NCBI RefSeq assembly: GCF_009834535.1
Contig: NC_045696.1
Span: 45,262,001-45,326,000 of the forward strand
Source of the DNA: Camelus ferus
Lineage: Eukaryota
Direction of reading: 5' to 3'
DNA: 64,000 nucleotides
The notes under the pieces are model-generated. The model was not told where the DNA came from. It was given only the letters and a program-made list of their open reading frames with translations, and made no database searches. This document shows, in pieces, positions 39,000 to 52,721 of this stretch. Position 1 is the first letter of the stretch. Every line of letters begins with the position of its first letter. Position numbers and translations under genes: made by a program.

Positions 39000-39415
39000 T
39001 AAAAATCAGTGACATGTATTTCGACAGGAATAAATGGAAAAGCCTATATGCCAATTTAAATGATTAATGGGCCTGTCAAAAACCTAAAAGTTTTAATTCC
39101 CCAAAAGTCAATATTGAGATGTAGTGGTTAGCAAGTAAATATAATCTTGGAATGAGTTAATCAGAATTTAGTTTACAAGAAAGTTGTCCATTTCGGAAGT
39201 TATTCTCTGGGCTTGTCATATCAAACTGTGGGGCTGTATTTTGTTCTGGGCTCTACATTTTAATGGTAATACTGAAAAATGAAAACAAATACTTGACAAA
39301 ATACTGAGAAACAGCTAGACGAACTGCTGTGATTTAGCCTAAAGACAAGGTAACTTAGATCATGCTTTGCTGTCTTCAAATATTTGAAGGGATACAATGT
39401 AAAAGACAACTTTAC
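39000..39415 (+). mobile_element. CR1/L3 fragment
   Basis: Contains gttctgggctctacattttaa and tgtcttcaaatatttgaaggg. Confidence 0.55.
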
Positions 39416-39547
39416 TGGTTATTCACTACATTTATAATAAATTCTTTTGGTTAAAAAATACATCCAAAAATTTTTTTAAATGCTCAGAAATTATAATGTT
39501 TAAAGGTAAAGAAAAGAAGACTCAGAGAGGTTAAATGATTTAGAAAC

Positions 39548-39755
39548 AGAGATCCATAAACTTTTTTTATAAAGGGAATTTAGCTGGTATTTTGGACTTT
39601 TGGAGTTATGTGGTCTTGGTTTCAATATTCAACTGTCATTGTTGTATGAAAGCAGCAATAGACAACATATACATATGTTCTAGTAAACATATGGCTATGT
39701 TCTAGTAAAATTTTATCTATAAAACTAGGCCCCAGGCTTGGTTCGTGAACCCCTG
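39548..39755. mobile_element. MER58A-like DNA transposon inside a MIR
   Basis: Termini cagagatc and aacccctg; internal tatggctatgttctagtaaaattttat. MIR sequence flanks both sides. Confidence 0.7.
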
Positions 39756-40489
39756 ACTTAGGAATTTAATCATGTATATATATAAAACGGTAGAGCAGAG
39801 CTGTAAAACTCAGAACCTTCAGTTCTACAAAAATAATGAATCATTTAACAAGAGTTAAAAGTCTAAGCCTCCAACTTAGGAAATTTTCAACAGAATCTGA
39901 CCAACTTTTGGGGTTATTTATTTATTCATTCACTCATTTATTCCAAAAACATTCAGGGTCTATAGGAATTTCAACAGATTTCTGATTTTATCTCTTTGGC
40001 TAGAACTGTGTCACACGGCCATACCAGGCTTGAGAGAACCTGGAAAAGCAAATATTTTACACACCAAATCTAAGTTCTCTTAGCAAGGAAGAATTAGAAA
40101 TAATATTGAGTAGGAAATTAACAGTATGTGCCATATTAGCAAGTAAAAAGTTAAGTGATAGAAGTATATATATAAGATCAAAAGATGGGGAAAATTATCA
40201 ATATTGCACTAGAGCTCAGGGAAGATCAACCAGAGAAAGTGAAAACTGTTTTAACAGGGATTCACCACGCATTGATAAAAGTATTGAAAATATGACAGCA
40301 GAAGATTTTTAAAAATCTTATATTTCATGATATGGAGGATCAGCAAGATGACTATAGTACCTGGAGCAACTTATATACACAATCTGTCTTTTAAAAAAAC
40401 TCTTTCCTGAAAGTTATCCAATGAGAATGGTCCACTGACAGTTCAAACATTTCAAAAGTCATATTTAGCTAGGAATAAGCGGAAATAAA

Positions 40490-43330
40490 GTAAGACTTCA
40501 TGTTTAATTTTGAAATTTTCAACAAAATGTTTTTCTGACAAAGACAATAGATTAAACTCACACATTTTATTGTGGTTCCTCTAAAAATGAAAATTAAATG
40601 ACAGGTAAAGGCATTTTATTTCAAATGGCACATACCCACAAAGAATAAAAGATGGGGAAAGCAGAACACGAGCATTCATCTGCTAGGTAGCTGCATGGCG
40701 TCTGGCTGGGGTTTATTCTAATCAGTCAGGCATCTTTTCTCACTGGTTGGCTCCCATAACATACCGATTATTAAACATTTTAATATAAATCTTGTGATAG
40801 CAACAAAATTTTGAAACTAGAGAAGCTGAAAGAGGAGTTCTAATTAATTGAGTCACTCTGAAAAAGCTTAATTCTAAGTTGGCAGTGAGGAAGAAAGACA
40901 AGCAACATGATTTATATCATAGAATCTCTCATAGGTTCAGCAACTGGCATCACCTGCTAACTCTGGGGTGGGGGTGAACGTGGGATAAAACGAGGATTTG
41001 TGGAGTGAGCTTAAGAAGTAAAGAGACCCACAGATCCTCAATCACACTCTGCACAGCTGAACAACTGACTCTCTCCAACTGCTATGGACTGAATTTTGTG
41101 TCCTCGCCAAGCCCTGCCCCCTCACAAATTCCTATGTTGAAGTCCTAACCCTAAGCTTGGCTATACTTGGAGACAGAGCCTTTAAAGAGGTAGTTAAAGT
41201 TAAATGAGATCATAGGGTAGGTCCCTGATCCAACAGGACTAGCGTCCTTACAAAGAGAGGAGGAGAGATCAGGAATGGGTGCACAGAGGAAAGGCCACGT
41301 GAGGACATAGAGAGAAGCCAGCAAGTCAGGGAGAAGTCTGCAAGTCAGAGAGAGAGGTCGCAGGAGAAATCAATCTCACTGGTACCTTGAGCTTGGACTT
41401 CCATTTTCCTAAACTGTGAGAAAATAAACTTCTGTTGTTTAAGACACCTGGTCTGTGGTATTTTGTTATGACAGTGTGAACTAACTATACTGACCAAGAC
41501 AGAAGATTGTAGGTTTATTCTCTGGGGAGTGTAAAACGCAGAGTCTTTGTATTGGAGATGAGTAGCTACAGTTGAGAGCAGGTTATGGGCTAGGAGGAGT
41601 CAGTGTTTATTTATTAATGTTGAGAATCCCTTAGCCCTCTTCCCCCACTCAATTTCCAGAAATATGGCAGGCAGGCGTATATCTGGGATATTCTTTTCTG
41701 GGAATTTTTGCCACATCAAGAGAAAGATCTAAAATGCTAAAATTGAGAGTCTCTCACTAAAACGGTACAGCCAGATCTTCATACTTCAAAGTCTGCAATA
41801 GAAAAAATTATCCCTATGTGTTTCCCAAAAAGCTTTTAGTCTATCTCTTATAGCATGAATAGAGAATAAAATAAACAATGTGGAGGAAGTAGATACTACA
41901 CAGATTGAAAGAAACTTTAATATAAGTTTTATTACTATGTTCAGAGTTAAGAAAAAAATTACAGCTATGAAAATAAAAAGCTATATAAATAAACAGAATT
42001 GCTCTTAAAAATTAAAAACAGCATAAATAGAAACTTCAGATAAAGTTTTGAAACATTAAAGAAATTCTCACAGAAAGCAGAGCAAATGAAACATAAATTT
42101 TTTTTCAAAACCAGAAGACACTGAAAAGATTTAAAAATAAATATAAGAAAATTAGAGGACCATTTGAAGAGATCCAGTATTGGACTAATAGGAAACCCAG
42201 ACAGAAAGAATGGAAAAAAAAGATAGTAGAAAATCATTAATAATTTAAGAAAATTTCCTAGAAATGAAGGATATCAATCTCTAGATTATGCCCAGCATGA
42301 TAGCTGAAAATTGGTAGACCAAAGGCATTTAACTGTAAAATTTCAGGACTTCAGGAATAAAGAGAAGATTATAAATTAAGCTTCCACAATCAGTAATTAC
42401 AAAGAACTTTGATCTCTCAAAGTTACACCAAAGATAGAGGACAATGGAGAAATGCCTTTGAAATATGGAGGAAAATTATTCTGAATCAATAACACCATAC
42501 CCAGTGATAATATCAGTCAGGTAAAAGGGAACATTACAGGTATTTTTAAACATACAACCTTTCTAACAATTTATTTCCCATGCTGTCTTTCTAAGAAAAC
42601 CCCTGGAAGAGTTACTTCACCCAAACGAAAGAGTAAATCAAGAAAGAGCAAAGCATTAGATTCAGGGAATGGGAGCTCCAACTCAGGAGAGAGCAGGATC
42701 TCTCTAGGTTTACCTTGAAGGTAGGTATCTCAGGATGATGGTATTTTTAAGGCATAGAACATAACCAGTCCAGCTGGAAAAAGATCAGCAGCCTCTGAAT
42801 AGTTGTCTCCAAGAACCTGATACAATCCTAATGAATTTGGAACAACTTAGGGAGAGTTAGGGCAGACAAAACCAAGTCAATAAAAAAAATAGTGTACTTA
42901 ACACCAAGAAGGTTGTTTAAGAAAGCAAAAATAATCCTAGTATAAAATATAGCACAGTCAACATCTACAAAAATACAATGATGTGAATGCTGAATATTGA
43001 TATAAGTAATGTTATAACTCACAAGTTTGGGGAAATTCGTGCAGTAAGGAGGGCTAGAGGGTGAAAAAATGCCAAGTCCACATTTCTCATGGTGAGAAAT
43101 TAACAAATTGATGCTTAAAGTTTTTCTTAAAGCTACTAATATAACAAGTGTTATTTGACAATATGGAGGTAAACACACACAAGTGAGTGTTAAAAGTGAA
43201 CCCGAGGTATGGGAAATGCAACAGTCAGGGAGGACAGGTAACTGACTTTCATTTCATAATTCTTATGCAAACGTTTGGCTCATTAAAACATCTGCATATA
43301 TATTTTCACCGAACACTAAAACTTAATTAC
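40490..43330 (+). mobile_element. HAL1 (half-L1) element interrupted by an MLT1A LTR
   Basis: ORF1-like coiled-coil remnants plus the HAL1 motif ctcaggagagagc...caggatgatgg...aaccagtccagctgga. Confidence 0.65.
41079..41491 (+). mobile_element. MaLR MLT1A/MST-like solo LTR
   Basis: Starts tgctatggactgaat and contains aactgtgagaaaataaacttctgttgtttaag...gtggtattttgttatg. Confidence 0.9.
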
Positions 43331-43830
43331 AAACTTAGGAAGAGCTAATGATGATTACTTTTTGTAAGTCTTCTCACTTGAGTTCACCTGAGTTACACTC
43401 TGCATTCTGCTGCAAATCCTAAAAGTAAATTAATCTGGGTATTTGCTCCCTACATTGGGGAATGTCTTGTTTTATTTATAATTAGATGCTATAGCCTTTA
43501 TAAAATATATAGTCAATGTAATTATTTTCAAAAGTTATTCATGGTTTAGCTAACATAGAATTACACTGCATTCTAAAAAGCCCTTTACCTCACTAAGCTC
43601 TCATCATATCAAAGGCTAGCTAAGATAAATTTGAGGCATCCATATCTTTGTAAGCGATCTCAGGATGTGCTGATGTTGCATGCAATAGAGAAAAAGTCAG
43701 CTACCCTCATTTGCAGTACAGAGAAATGAGTGATAAGTGACTATGGAATTATACTTTCTCACCTCACCAGAAAATTTGACTTCAAACAATGTTTACCAAA
43801 CTTCAGGAGACTCGCCTACACTTTGCTTAC

Positions 43831-44075
43831 TTCCATAAAATATGTAAAATCTTTATCTGCAGGTTTCTTAAATGACTTCCACTGCTCCTTATTTATTTGA
43901 ATATCTAGTTCACATTTTTCTCCCTTGATTTTAAATCTCATTTGAAAATATTTTCTTCTCACCTCATTATCGGTTTCTTTTTTTCCCCCTTCTCTTGCTT
44001 TATTATTTCTAAACACTTCACTGAGCTCTTTGACACTTAGTTTGTAAGAGAGATGATTTGCTGTTTCAGTAAATT
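43831..44075 (-). pseudogene. Candidate upstream exon of the same gene (stop-free)
   Basis: Lies inside the 100-codon ORF 43816-44118 in non-repeat AT-rich DNA and ends at a consensus donor ATGGAA|gtaagc. The acceptor (caaag) is weak. Confidence 0.45.
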
Positions 44076-46199
44076 CTTTGTTGGAATTTAGAGTACAGAA
44101 AAATGACAGAACTATCAACAGAGAATGTTGTACAAGCTATTGGTGTAGAAAATTTGAAGCAAAAGCCTTGCCTGTTTCGTTCATTGCTTCCCCTTCCTCC
44201 ACTCTCTCTAGCCTCTATCTTCCTGGTCCTCCCTGGGCATTGCAACTCATAAAATTCTAAAAATCATCATCTTTTTTTCTGGTTAAGGAGATGACTTATT
44301 GCTTCTGCTATTTTACCATGAAATGAGAAACAATAAAACAAACACTATAAAAGATCAATGAATTTAAGAGACCAACAGGAAATGACAATCTTTTAAAAGA
44401 GGTCAAGCTTATTATCTTGATGTTAATATACTTAAAGAATTTCCAAGCCATTCTGGACCTTCCTATTCCTCTAACACACATATACACAGAGCTACACATG
44501 AAGGCATATCTTTAAGCATCACCACCCAGACCACAGGGTAAATGCCCCATTTTTCTGTATCTACATAGATGTACTACCTTTGATCCAAGCCAGAAGTTTT
44601 ACCTACTTTGCATATGAATTCCAGTATATGAAAAGAAAGCAACTAGGTCTTGCCAGGACCCATGTCACTTTGATAAATTTTTCACTATTAGTTTGCCAAA
44701 AACACAACACTCTAAACAAGTTACCCTCTAGACAATGAAGCATGCTCCTTCAGCAGAACACTGAGAAAATGCAATGGCTCAGGCATGCTTAACAAAAAAG
44801 ATATAACAGGTATTTGCTCCTTTTCGGCATTTCTAATAGCGCCCTCACTTCCTATTGGCTTTACCCAGCGTGCAGTTTGGTAGCAGGGGAGTCGGCTTGC
44901 CGGTCCTCTACTAAAGACATGCCAGTTTCTTCCTCTCACCATTTCAGTCAGCTAAGAGAAGAGCAAATGGCCAAAACTCAGCCAACTGAACTGTCTTGAG
45001 ACACACCCTGAATCTTCAGCAAGTGACGCAAAAAGAGTAGAATGCATAGGAATTTCTTCTTTGCAGTAGCAGTGGCCTGATTAGCCTGTTCCCTTGTCCA
45101 GCCCAGGCCTGAGTTTGGTTCCTTAGTCCTCTGATGCTTTCTTGGCTCTTCCAGGCTCGTTCTAGTCTAGTTCTGCAGTCTCCCCATCTCCACAATGCGT
45201 TCTTAGTATCTTAAACCCTCTTTTGCTGAGGTTAGCTGGCATCAGTTTCTGTTGTTTATAGTCAAAAACTCCTAACTGGTGCAAAGGACATTTTGCAAGA
45301 AATCTGACTAAGAAAATACCGTTACTATACACTATTTCTTATTGTAAAAACTACCTTTTTTTTTTTTATCACATGTGCTCCCCCCCAAATTATGCTGGTA
45401 TTAATCTTCAAAAGGAGAAGATATCAATACAGTCTTTTTGATGAGTAGGAAGAACAGGACTGAAAGTAAGTTTCTTCTTCTTAAGCTGGGACCTTTATAA
45501 TGATGCCTAATTCCATTCATTTATTGAGATCTTCTTTAGCACTTACTTGTGTTCTGCTTGGGGCAGAAAACTAACCTACAGACTTCCATTCACATTGCAA
45601 TGGCCTTAGCAATGAGCTATCATGCAGACTTTTATGATGTCTAGTCCAGCATAGCTAAGTCACTGTGTACTAGTACTGCTGAGAGGGAAGCAGCTATTTC
45701 TTATACATCTCCTAGATGTGAGGTCATGGGCAGGCCATTTTTCCTCATGTTTTTAAATGAGTTCTAGCATCTTGTGATTAATTCTGTAATTTCAACAAGG
45801 TTATTTCAATAAATGTAAACATCTATAACTGCAGATTATGGATGACAGCAGCATCTTATATCACTGTATTCAGATTTTTGTTTAATTTTATATCAGTTTA
45901 ATATTTGCTATGGGGGGTGCTATTTTACACACCTAAATAATTAACAGGTAATCACACAATTTTAGGTGAATGGACATATGCAATCCTGAATTTCATGATT
46001 TAATGATGATAACTTAATAATTTAATAATAATTATAGTAATTAATTAATGGCCCGGTTAAAATAAGTTGTATTTGAATAGATATTTTACAAGAAGTTGTA
46101 TTATAAGATTTCTATAAAAAGTCAATTAATTACCCTGGCTGCTTAAGTCAATGAATCTGTTTCTAATTGTTAAAAATTATCACATTTCAGTGGAAATAT

Positions 46200-48650
46200 T
46201 TTCTTACATTTAATTTTTATGACCATCAAAGTTATTTTTCATACATTTAAGAGAGTCAAGTGGTTCTGAAATTCTTATTAAGAAAAACAGCAATGCCTCA
46301 ACCCTCCCTGCCCTTTCCACTTTCTGAGAAGCAACATTTTTTCAGCTGTTTTGGCTTTTTAGCTAGCTGTTAGTTTTCCTTCACTGGTGTAAGTAGAATA
46401 ACAATATTGCAATTTCTTGATCTCTCCCTTTTAGGTAGTATCTACTGACTTCTCCCAGTGAAAAATGAGCATTTAGTTCTCTTTAACTCACTATGCCCCA
46501 GAGATAAACACAGATACTTCCCATGTCCTCTATCTTCTCACTAAAATTATTGCATGATTTTGACTAAAAATTTTCAGGAAACATTATTATATTTATATAA
46601 GAACTATTCACAGAAAAGCTATGTATAAACCATGACTACATGTACTTGGTTAAGCAACTTTTTGTTTCCTTTGTTGCTAATTATTGTTTTATTTTGTTGT
46701 TGGCTTTATTTTCTAATGTGCTCATCACTGAAAAATGCCCCACATCTCCCAGTTACATCAGATATTCTATCATTTTTATTTTCTTAGAGATAATCTTCCT
46801 GGAACCCTCTGAGCGGCTCTCTTGCCCTTGCTGTCCAGTGATGTGCTACATTCCTGGTTTATTCCATCATCTTCATCCTAGAGATATTCTTTGCCTCTTT
46901 CTTAAAGGAAAGAAAACCCCATTTTCTGGATTCCATGTTTTCCTTCCCTTGGTTACTCCCTCATTTTAGTATAGGAATCTTACAGTAGTTTCCTAAGAAA
47001 GGATTCATGGGAAGTAAATTGTTTGGAGCCCTGTATCTGAAAATGTCTATCCTACCCTTGATTTGTTAGTTTGTCTAGAATAGAAAACCAGAGTCAGAAT
47101 CTTTTTATTTCAGAGTTCCAAAGCTATGTCTTCATTATTTTTCAGTTTCCAGCACTGCTCTTAGGAGTTCAAAACCGTCTTGTTTTCTGATCCTTTATTT
47201 GTGACCTATTTTATCTTTCTGGAAGCTTTAGAATCTTCTATTTAATCCATAGGTCTGAATTTCCACTCTTAAGTGCCCTGAAGTAGACCCCACTGTATCT
47301 ACTCAATAGGCACTTAATAGAAACTGCCAATCTTTAAATTCATGTCTTTTAGTTCAGAGAAATTTTCTTGACTGTTTATTTAATGATTTCCTGAGTTCAG
47401 ATTCCTCTGTTCTTTCTTCACTGAAATTCTATCATTCAGTGGTTGTTCCTTTTAGACTGGTTCATTCATTTTCTAATCTTTTTTCACTTAAAAAACTCAT
47501 TTTTTTGTTGTTTTGCTCTACTCTCTGGGAGACTACCTTGATTTTATTTTCTAACTGTTGCACTGAGATTTTCTTTTTTACTATCGTATTTTATTTTTAA
47601 TTGTTTTCTTATGTCTGAACAAACACATTTTATGTATAAATTATTATATATAAATATATTCACATTTTAAATATATGCAAGATATGTACAAGAAACACAT
47701 ATATGTATATATATGCAATGCATTTATATGTGTATATAAATTTTTGTTTCATGAGTGCAATGTGTTTTTATTTTTCTACGATTATTAGCACATATATATT
47801 TGAACTTTTCCTGTCCTTACATAATATATTTCCTCTTAGTGCTTTTTTTTCCTGTTTGTATATTTGTACACTTTGATTCTATCATTCAAGTTACATGCTT
47901 GAATGAAGTGTCTACTGATCCTCTGTTGTCTATTCATTTAAGTGGGTTACAAAAAATTCTTTACGAGCTACAGGTTTGTTGAATTTAGGCTTCACTGTAG
48001 TGATTCGGTTGTAACCTTTTGTTGGAAAACTCCGAATAATAGTGTTTTTCTGTAGCTCTGGTCATTACTTAGAGAAGAACAGTTCTGCCTAAGTCAGGCT
48101 GTCAGTCTCCTAGAAACTGAATGGGGAAAGATGTAAGGTCAGGTTCCATGTTGCATATATACTCCAGGCTGTGCCTGTTTTGGGAATAGTACCCTTTCTA
48201 CTACTTTGCCTCCTGAGGCAATCAGGAATTTTCATTTTGCTGTCACCAGAGAATAAGCTTCCAGTCTTTCACTGAGGCACTAGGTGGGATCTGCACTTCT
48301 GTTTCTCACACAGAAAACTGATCAAATCCTCATTTGTTTTAGCCCCACCTTTACCCTCACCTTCAGATAGGTATGCTGTGGTCACGTCTCAGCCTTTTAG
48401 GATTTCTGACATACAATTAGGTTGTTTCGCCTTTCCCCACTACTTGATTGGGCTTCAGCATATCTGGGCTTCTAAGTTAATTGTTATTTATTTTTGCACA
48501 TTCCACATTGCAGAAAGCTGTTCCTAATCTGCTTTATTTTATCCTTTTCATCTTTTTGAGTTTATGTTTTAGAACTTCTTTACTTCGATATTTTCTATTT
48601 TTGGAAAGAATAGAAGTTAATATATATATGGACAGTCCATCCTGTTTAAT
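46200..48650 (-). mobile_element. HAL1 element
   Basis: T-rich reverse ORF1 remnants and the motif agtagtttcctaagaaagg...gaagtaaattgttt...tctgaaaatgtc. Confidence 0.6.
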
Positions 48651-49706
48651 TGGAAGTTTGAGCATTATATTTTTATTTCCATATAATGACTATATATAAC
48701 TATAATATATATATTTAATTATGTATAATATTTGTAAAGCTTCTTAAATTACTACTGCTGAACCTTCAGGTTCTATAAAACAGAATATAAAATCTGTAAC
48801 ATTTTGGTATAAGAAACCCACATACACATACATCTGTAATTGATATATAAAATAGTCTATGGTAAGAAATTGATAAACAGGCCCATCAGTGGCTTCCTAT
48901 GTATTGGCAAAATGTTTTTAAAAAGTGAGAACTTCTGAGAATCTTTAGGGAAAAGAGATGTTTAAAAAATATTTAAGTCTGTATGATATGCTTCCCCAAT
49001 GCCAACCAAATCTACATTACCCATATATACTTCTGGGTTAGATTTAATATTTTTACTTAAACAATGAAAGGAATTATATTCAATGCTAGAACATACCAAT
49101 TATATTCATAGTACACTATTTTGAAAAACATGTCACTTTATTCCCAATGTCAGTTTCCTCATATATAAAATGAGGATGATACCCCACTGAATTGTTTAAA
49201 AGGATTAGAAATAAAAACCAAATAAACACTAGAAAAGTACTAGGAACAGGAAAACTTCTACCTGTTATTAACAAGTACAAATTCGAAACTATATAAACAT
49301 TTACTTTATTCACTACATGTCTTTCCTCTTGTTTTGCCAAGACTCTAATTCTGGGAAGATATATTTGAGTCTTAAGAATAAGCCTTCTATTCTACCTGCA
49401 GTCTATTTCCTTGCCATCTTCTTGACAGGAATAATCAAAAGGAGGACTCATTTTCAGACTGCTTCATTAGGAAGAAGTGGACTAATGTTTAAATCTGTGT
49501 CTAAGTTAATGTTTAAATTAATGTACATCTGTAGCATTTTGGATAGTGACTGACAGATAGCAGGTGCTCCACAAATATTTACTGAGTGAATGGGTGAATT
49601 GAAAATATTGCTAAAATTAAACTACTATTTTTTCTAGTTGTGCTTTCAAACTGCATTATTATTCTTTCCTAACTCATCTCTAGATATATATAGCTTGTAC
49701 ATCAGG

Positions 49707-50010
49707 CAGGGTGTAGGCAAATGTCTTCCTTAAAGGGTCAAATAACAAATATTTTAGACTTTGTAGGTCATATGGTGTCTGTTAAAGCTACCAAACTCTG
49801 GCATTATAAATGCAGGCAGCCATGAAAAGGACATGGCTGTGTACCAATAAAACTTTAATTATAAACACTAAAACGCAAAGTTTATATAATTTTCATGTCA
49901 TAAAATATTATTCTTCCTTTGATGTCTTCAACACTTCAATATAGCTCACAAACTATTCAAAATGAGCAGGGGGTGGGCCAGATTTGCAGAACAGACTGTT
50001 TGCCACCACT
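49707..50010. mobile_element. MER58B-like hAT DNA transposon
   Basis: Contains cagggtgtaggcaaa...aaatattttagactttgtaggtcata...gggccagatttg...tttgccacc. Confidence 0.75.
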
Positions 50011-50865
50011 TTATTATGGTATGGTTCTTTGTTTAAAAGCGTATAGGGAAAATCAGATGGGTAATTTCCTCCAGTTGTCAGCATAGCCATACAGCAAATA
50101 CAAGATATTTTTATTAGAAGTTACACTTGGATTTCTTTTCACATTATTTTCAATAAGACCAGCATGCTAATTTAGAAATCCAGTTTGCTCAGGTATATGG
50201 TTTTCATGTCATGATGATAATGTTTATCAAAACATTTTACTTATTTTTCAGAGTTCTCACTGGTTTCAGAAAATAACAAGCAATTATTATTTCAAGTCTT
50301 TTAACCTTACTCAAAACCTTAATCATCCTTGACTCCTCCCTTTCCTTTCATCTTCCCCCCATCCCTCAAAGTCAATCAATTCCCAAATCTTGTCAGTTTT
50401 TCTTTTTTTCAAGTCCTAGATGTCTTCTTTTCTGTCCCCATTCACAGCCCTAGTTCAGGACCTCATCAATGGTTATGTTTTGTGAAATAAACACTTTATA
50501 TACTCTATTTCTCTTCTGTCAATCATCTGTCCCCATAATCCTCTGAACTGTGAAGATGATACAAATAGGGAGTCTCAGAAAAACTGCCACATGGTTTTGT
50601 ACTTGTAAGAACAGGCAGAGGGCATTTGTCAAAATTATAAGACAGCTAGCCTAGAAATAAATACCAAAAAAATAGCTTTCAATGTCATATGTCACGACAG
50701 AAAACAAATTGCATGGCTAGGTTGCATTTAACCTGAACCACTTATTCACAGAATTTGCAACTGAGAAATTAATAAAGAGAGGAAGTTCAACATGGCAGGC
50801 AAAAAAAAAAAAAAATGACTAGCTTCAGGGAATCCTTTAGTCATCTCTCTCTTTTTTAGACTTAA

Positions 50866-51099
50866 CTGCATGATCTTCCCTATGTAAAAGTCTCTGGATT
50901 CTGAGTATCGGACATTGATATTCAGGCACCAGGATATAATTGTTGAAGTTTCTGCTACTGGAGTTTCTTGAGCTTCACCAAAGTTAGTAAATATTATTAG
51001 ATATGAATTAATGGGCAACCAGCAACTTTTCCAGGTCCCATTCCAGAACACCACAGTTTTATTTTTCAATTTTACATTTGGAACCATAAACATAAATCT
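50866..51099 (-). pseudogene. Candidate pseudo-exon, N-terminal half of a PH domain
   Basis: Acceptor tttcacacag|AGA. Open frame NVKLKNKTVVFWNGTWKSCWLPINSYLIIFTNF carries a WKxxW beta2 motif. Degenerate donor CAG|ttaagt. Confidence 0.5.
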
Positions 51100-51209
51100 C
51101 TGTGTGAAACATGTGTTAGATCTAAGAACTAGAAGACTCAGGAGGCTGTCAAATGAGTCTGATACAATGAATTTTTAAAACATCCACACATCCTGTGTGC
51201 CCCAGATAC

Positions 51210-51454
51210 CTCCTCCCTGGACTATAAGAGCAAGTTAAATATTCACATCAATTGACCACATTTTGAACTTTCCCTTTCCCTAAACAATAGTTGGTTCGAT
51301 CTTTCCTTGACAAGGCTCTAAATGCAAGAATTCTCCACTGCCAAACTTAATTCTCATCTCTGGACCGTTTAGACTTTGTATTAGTAAATGATCTTTTCTG
51401 TCTGGGGAACTTGATTTTATATAGTGGATGGCTATTTGGTTTTCTCCTTTGCCT
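51210..51454 (-). pseudogene. Candidate pseudo-exon, C-terminal half of a PH domain
   Basis: Boundaries ttttctgtag|A ... GAG|gtatct. Reads QIAIHYIKSSSPDRKDHLLIQSLNGPEMRIKFGSGEF. A 110-nt GT-AG intron separates it from the next exon. Confidence 0.45.
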
Positions 51455-52721
51455 CTACAGAAAATGTTTTGCCTCAGAGGCAGCCCAAATAAATCAATCT
51501 TCCCCACCTTTTTTTTTTTTTTTTTTTTTTTTGGTCACTTCAAGCTCATATTTGCAGCTTTTAATCACTCTCCAAAAACTCAAGGAAAGAGACACCCTAG
51601 TATAGAATGAAAACTGTAGGAAGCATGTATTGGATTTTAATCACTATGCATTTGCTTGATAATTGCCAAGTGAGAAGAGGCCAGGAAGGAAAGCTGGAAA
51701 TCTGTCTGGTACTATTAATTATTTTGGTGATAGAAATAGAGGCTTGGAAAGCTTATTCATCAAATTCCCAGATGGCTCTATTCCAGGTGATCCGAGGTGA
51801 CAGAATTAATACTCAGAATAAATGACTGTCTAAGAATAATAGGTATGTGGGTTATTTTTTATTTCCTTGCCTGTATTTTCAATATTTTCTATATGTATTA
51901 TTTTAAAACAAGAAAAATTATTTAAAAATATGCAAAAAAGGATCAGAGCAGGTTTGAATATTGAACTAAATAGAAGATGATACTCAAAAGAAATATATAA
52001 AAAGTACTACATTTTTGTTTTATTTTTTAAAATCTGTTATAAAAATACAAAATGGTGGAGACATAACTTGTCATCTGTAAGGGACAGACTTAATCAGCTG
52101 TCATTATGTTGCAAAAAATCTGGATCCTAAAGGTGCACAAGCTGACTTGATAACAGAAAATTACTGATTATAGGCTGAATTAACAGACATATAGTGTCCA
52201 AATAAAAGAAGAAATTAGGCACTCAAGTACTTCTGTGCTAAGACATACTTAAGTATGAATATGAATATAGACTGAACTTTATATCTAGAATAAGAAAAAT
52301 TTAAATTAAGCTTACTTCAAAATAAATCTCACCTTTCAGATGACCAAAATCAGAGTCTGATATCACAACATATCAGTGAGGGAACGGCAGAGACACTCAT
52401 ATATTTTTCACGAGTTTAAATGTGTAATATATTTAGAGGAAACAATTTGGCATCTATAAAATTCATAAAATGTCTACCCATTGTGATCAATTGTGCTGGT
52501 TTCTAATTATTTGTTTCTCCTTCCTCTTGGTAGAGAAATGTACATCCATATCCTTTTGATGCCAGCCTTGACCACATGATTTTCTCTAGCCAGTGAACTG
52601 TGAATAGAAGTGATTTGTACTATCTTCAAGCAAAAGCTTTAAAAACTGTCATTTGGTTACCCATGTCCTCTTTTCCTTCTACCAAAAACCTGGTTTGTCC
52701 GGTAAAGAAATTGGTCCTTCA

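Noticed and set aside
45577..45711. Possible minus exon with a PH-helix-like end (LIAKAIAM, donor gttagt)
   Set aside because: Six stops in ~45 codons and no phase support; too weak to call.
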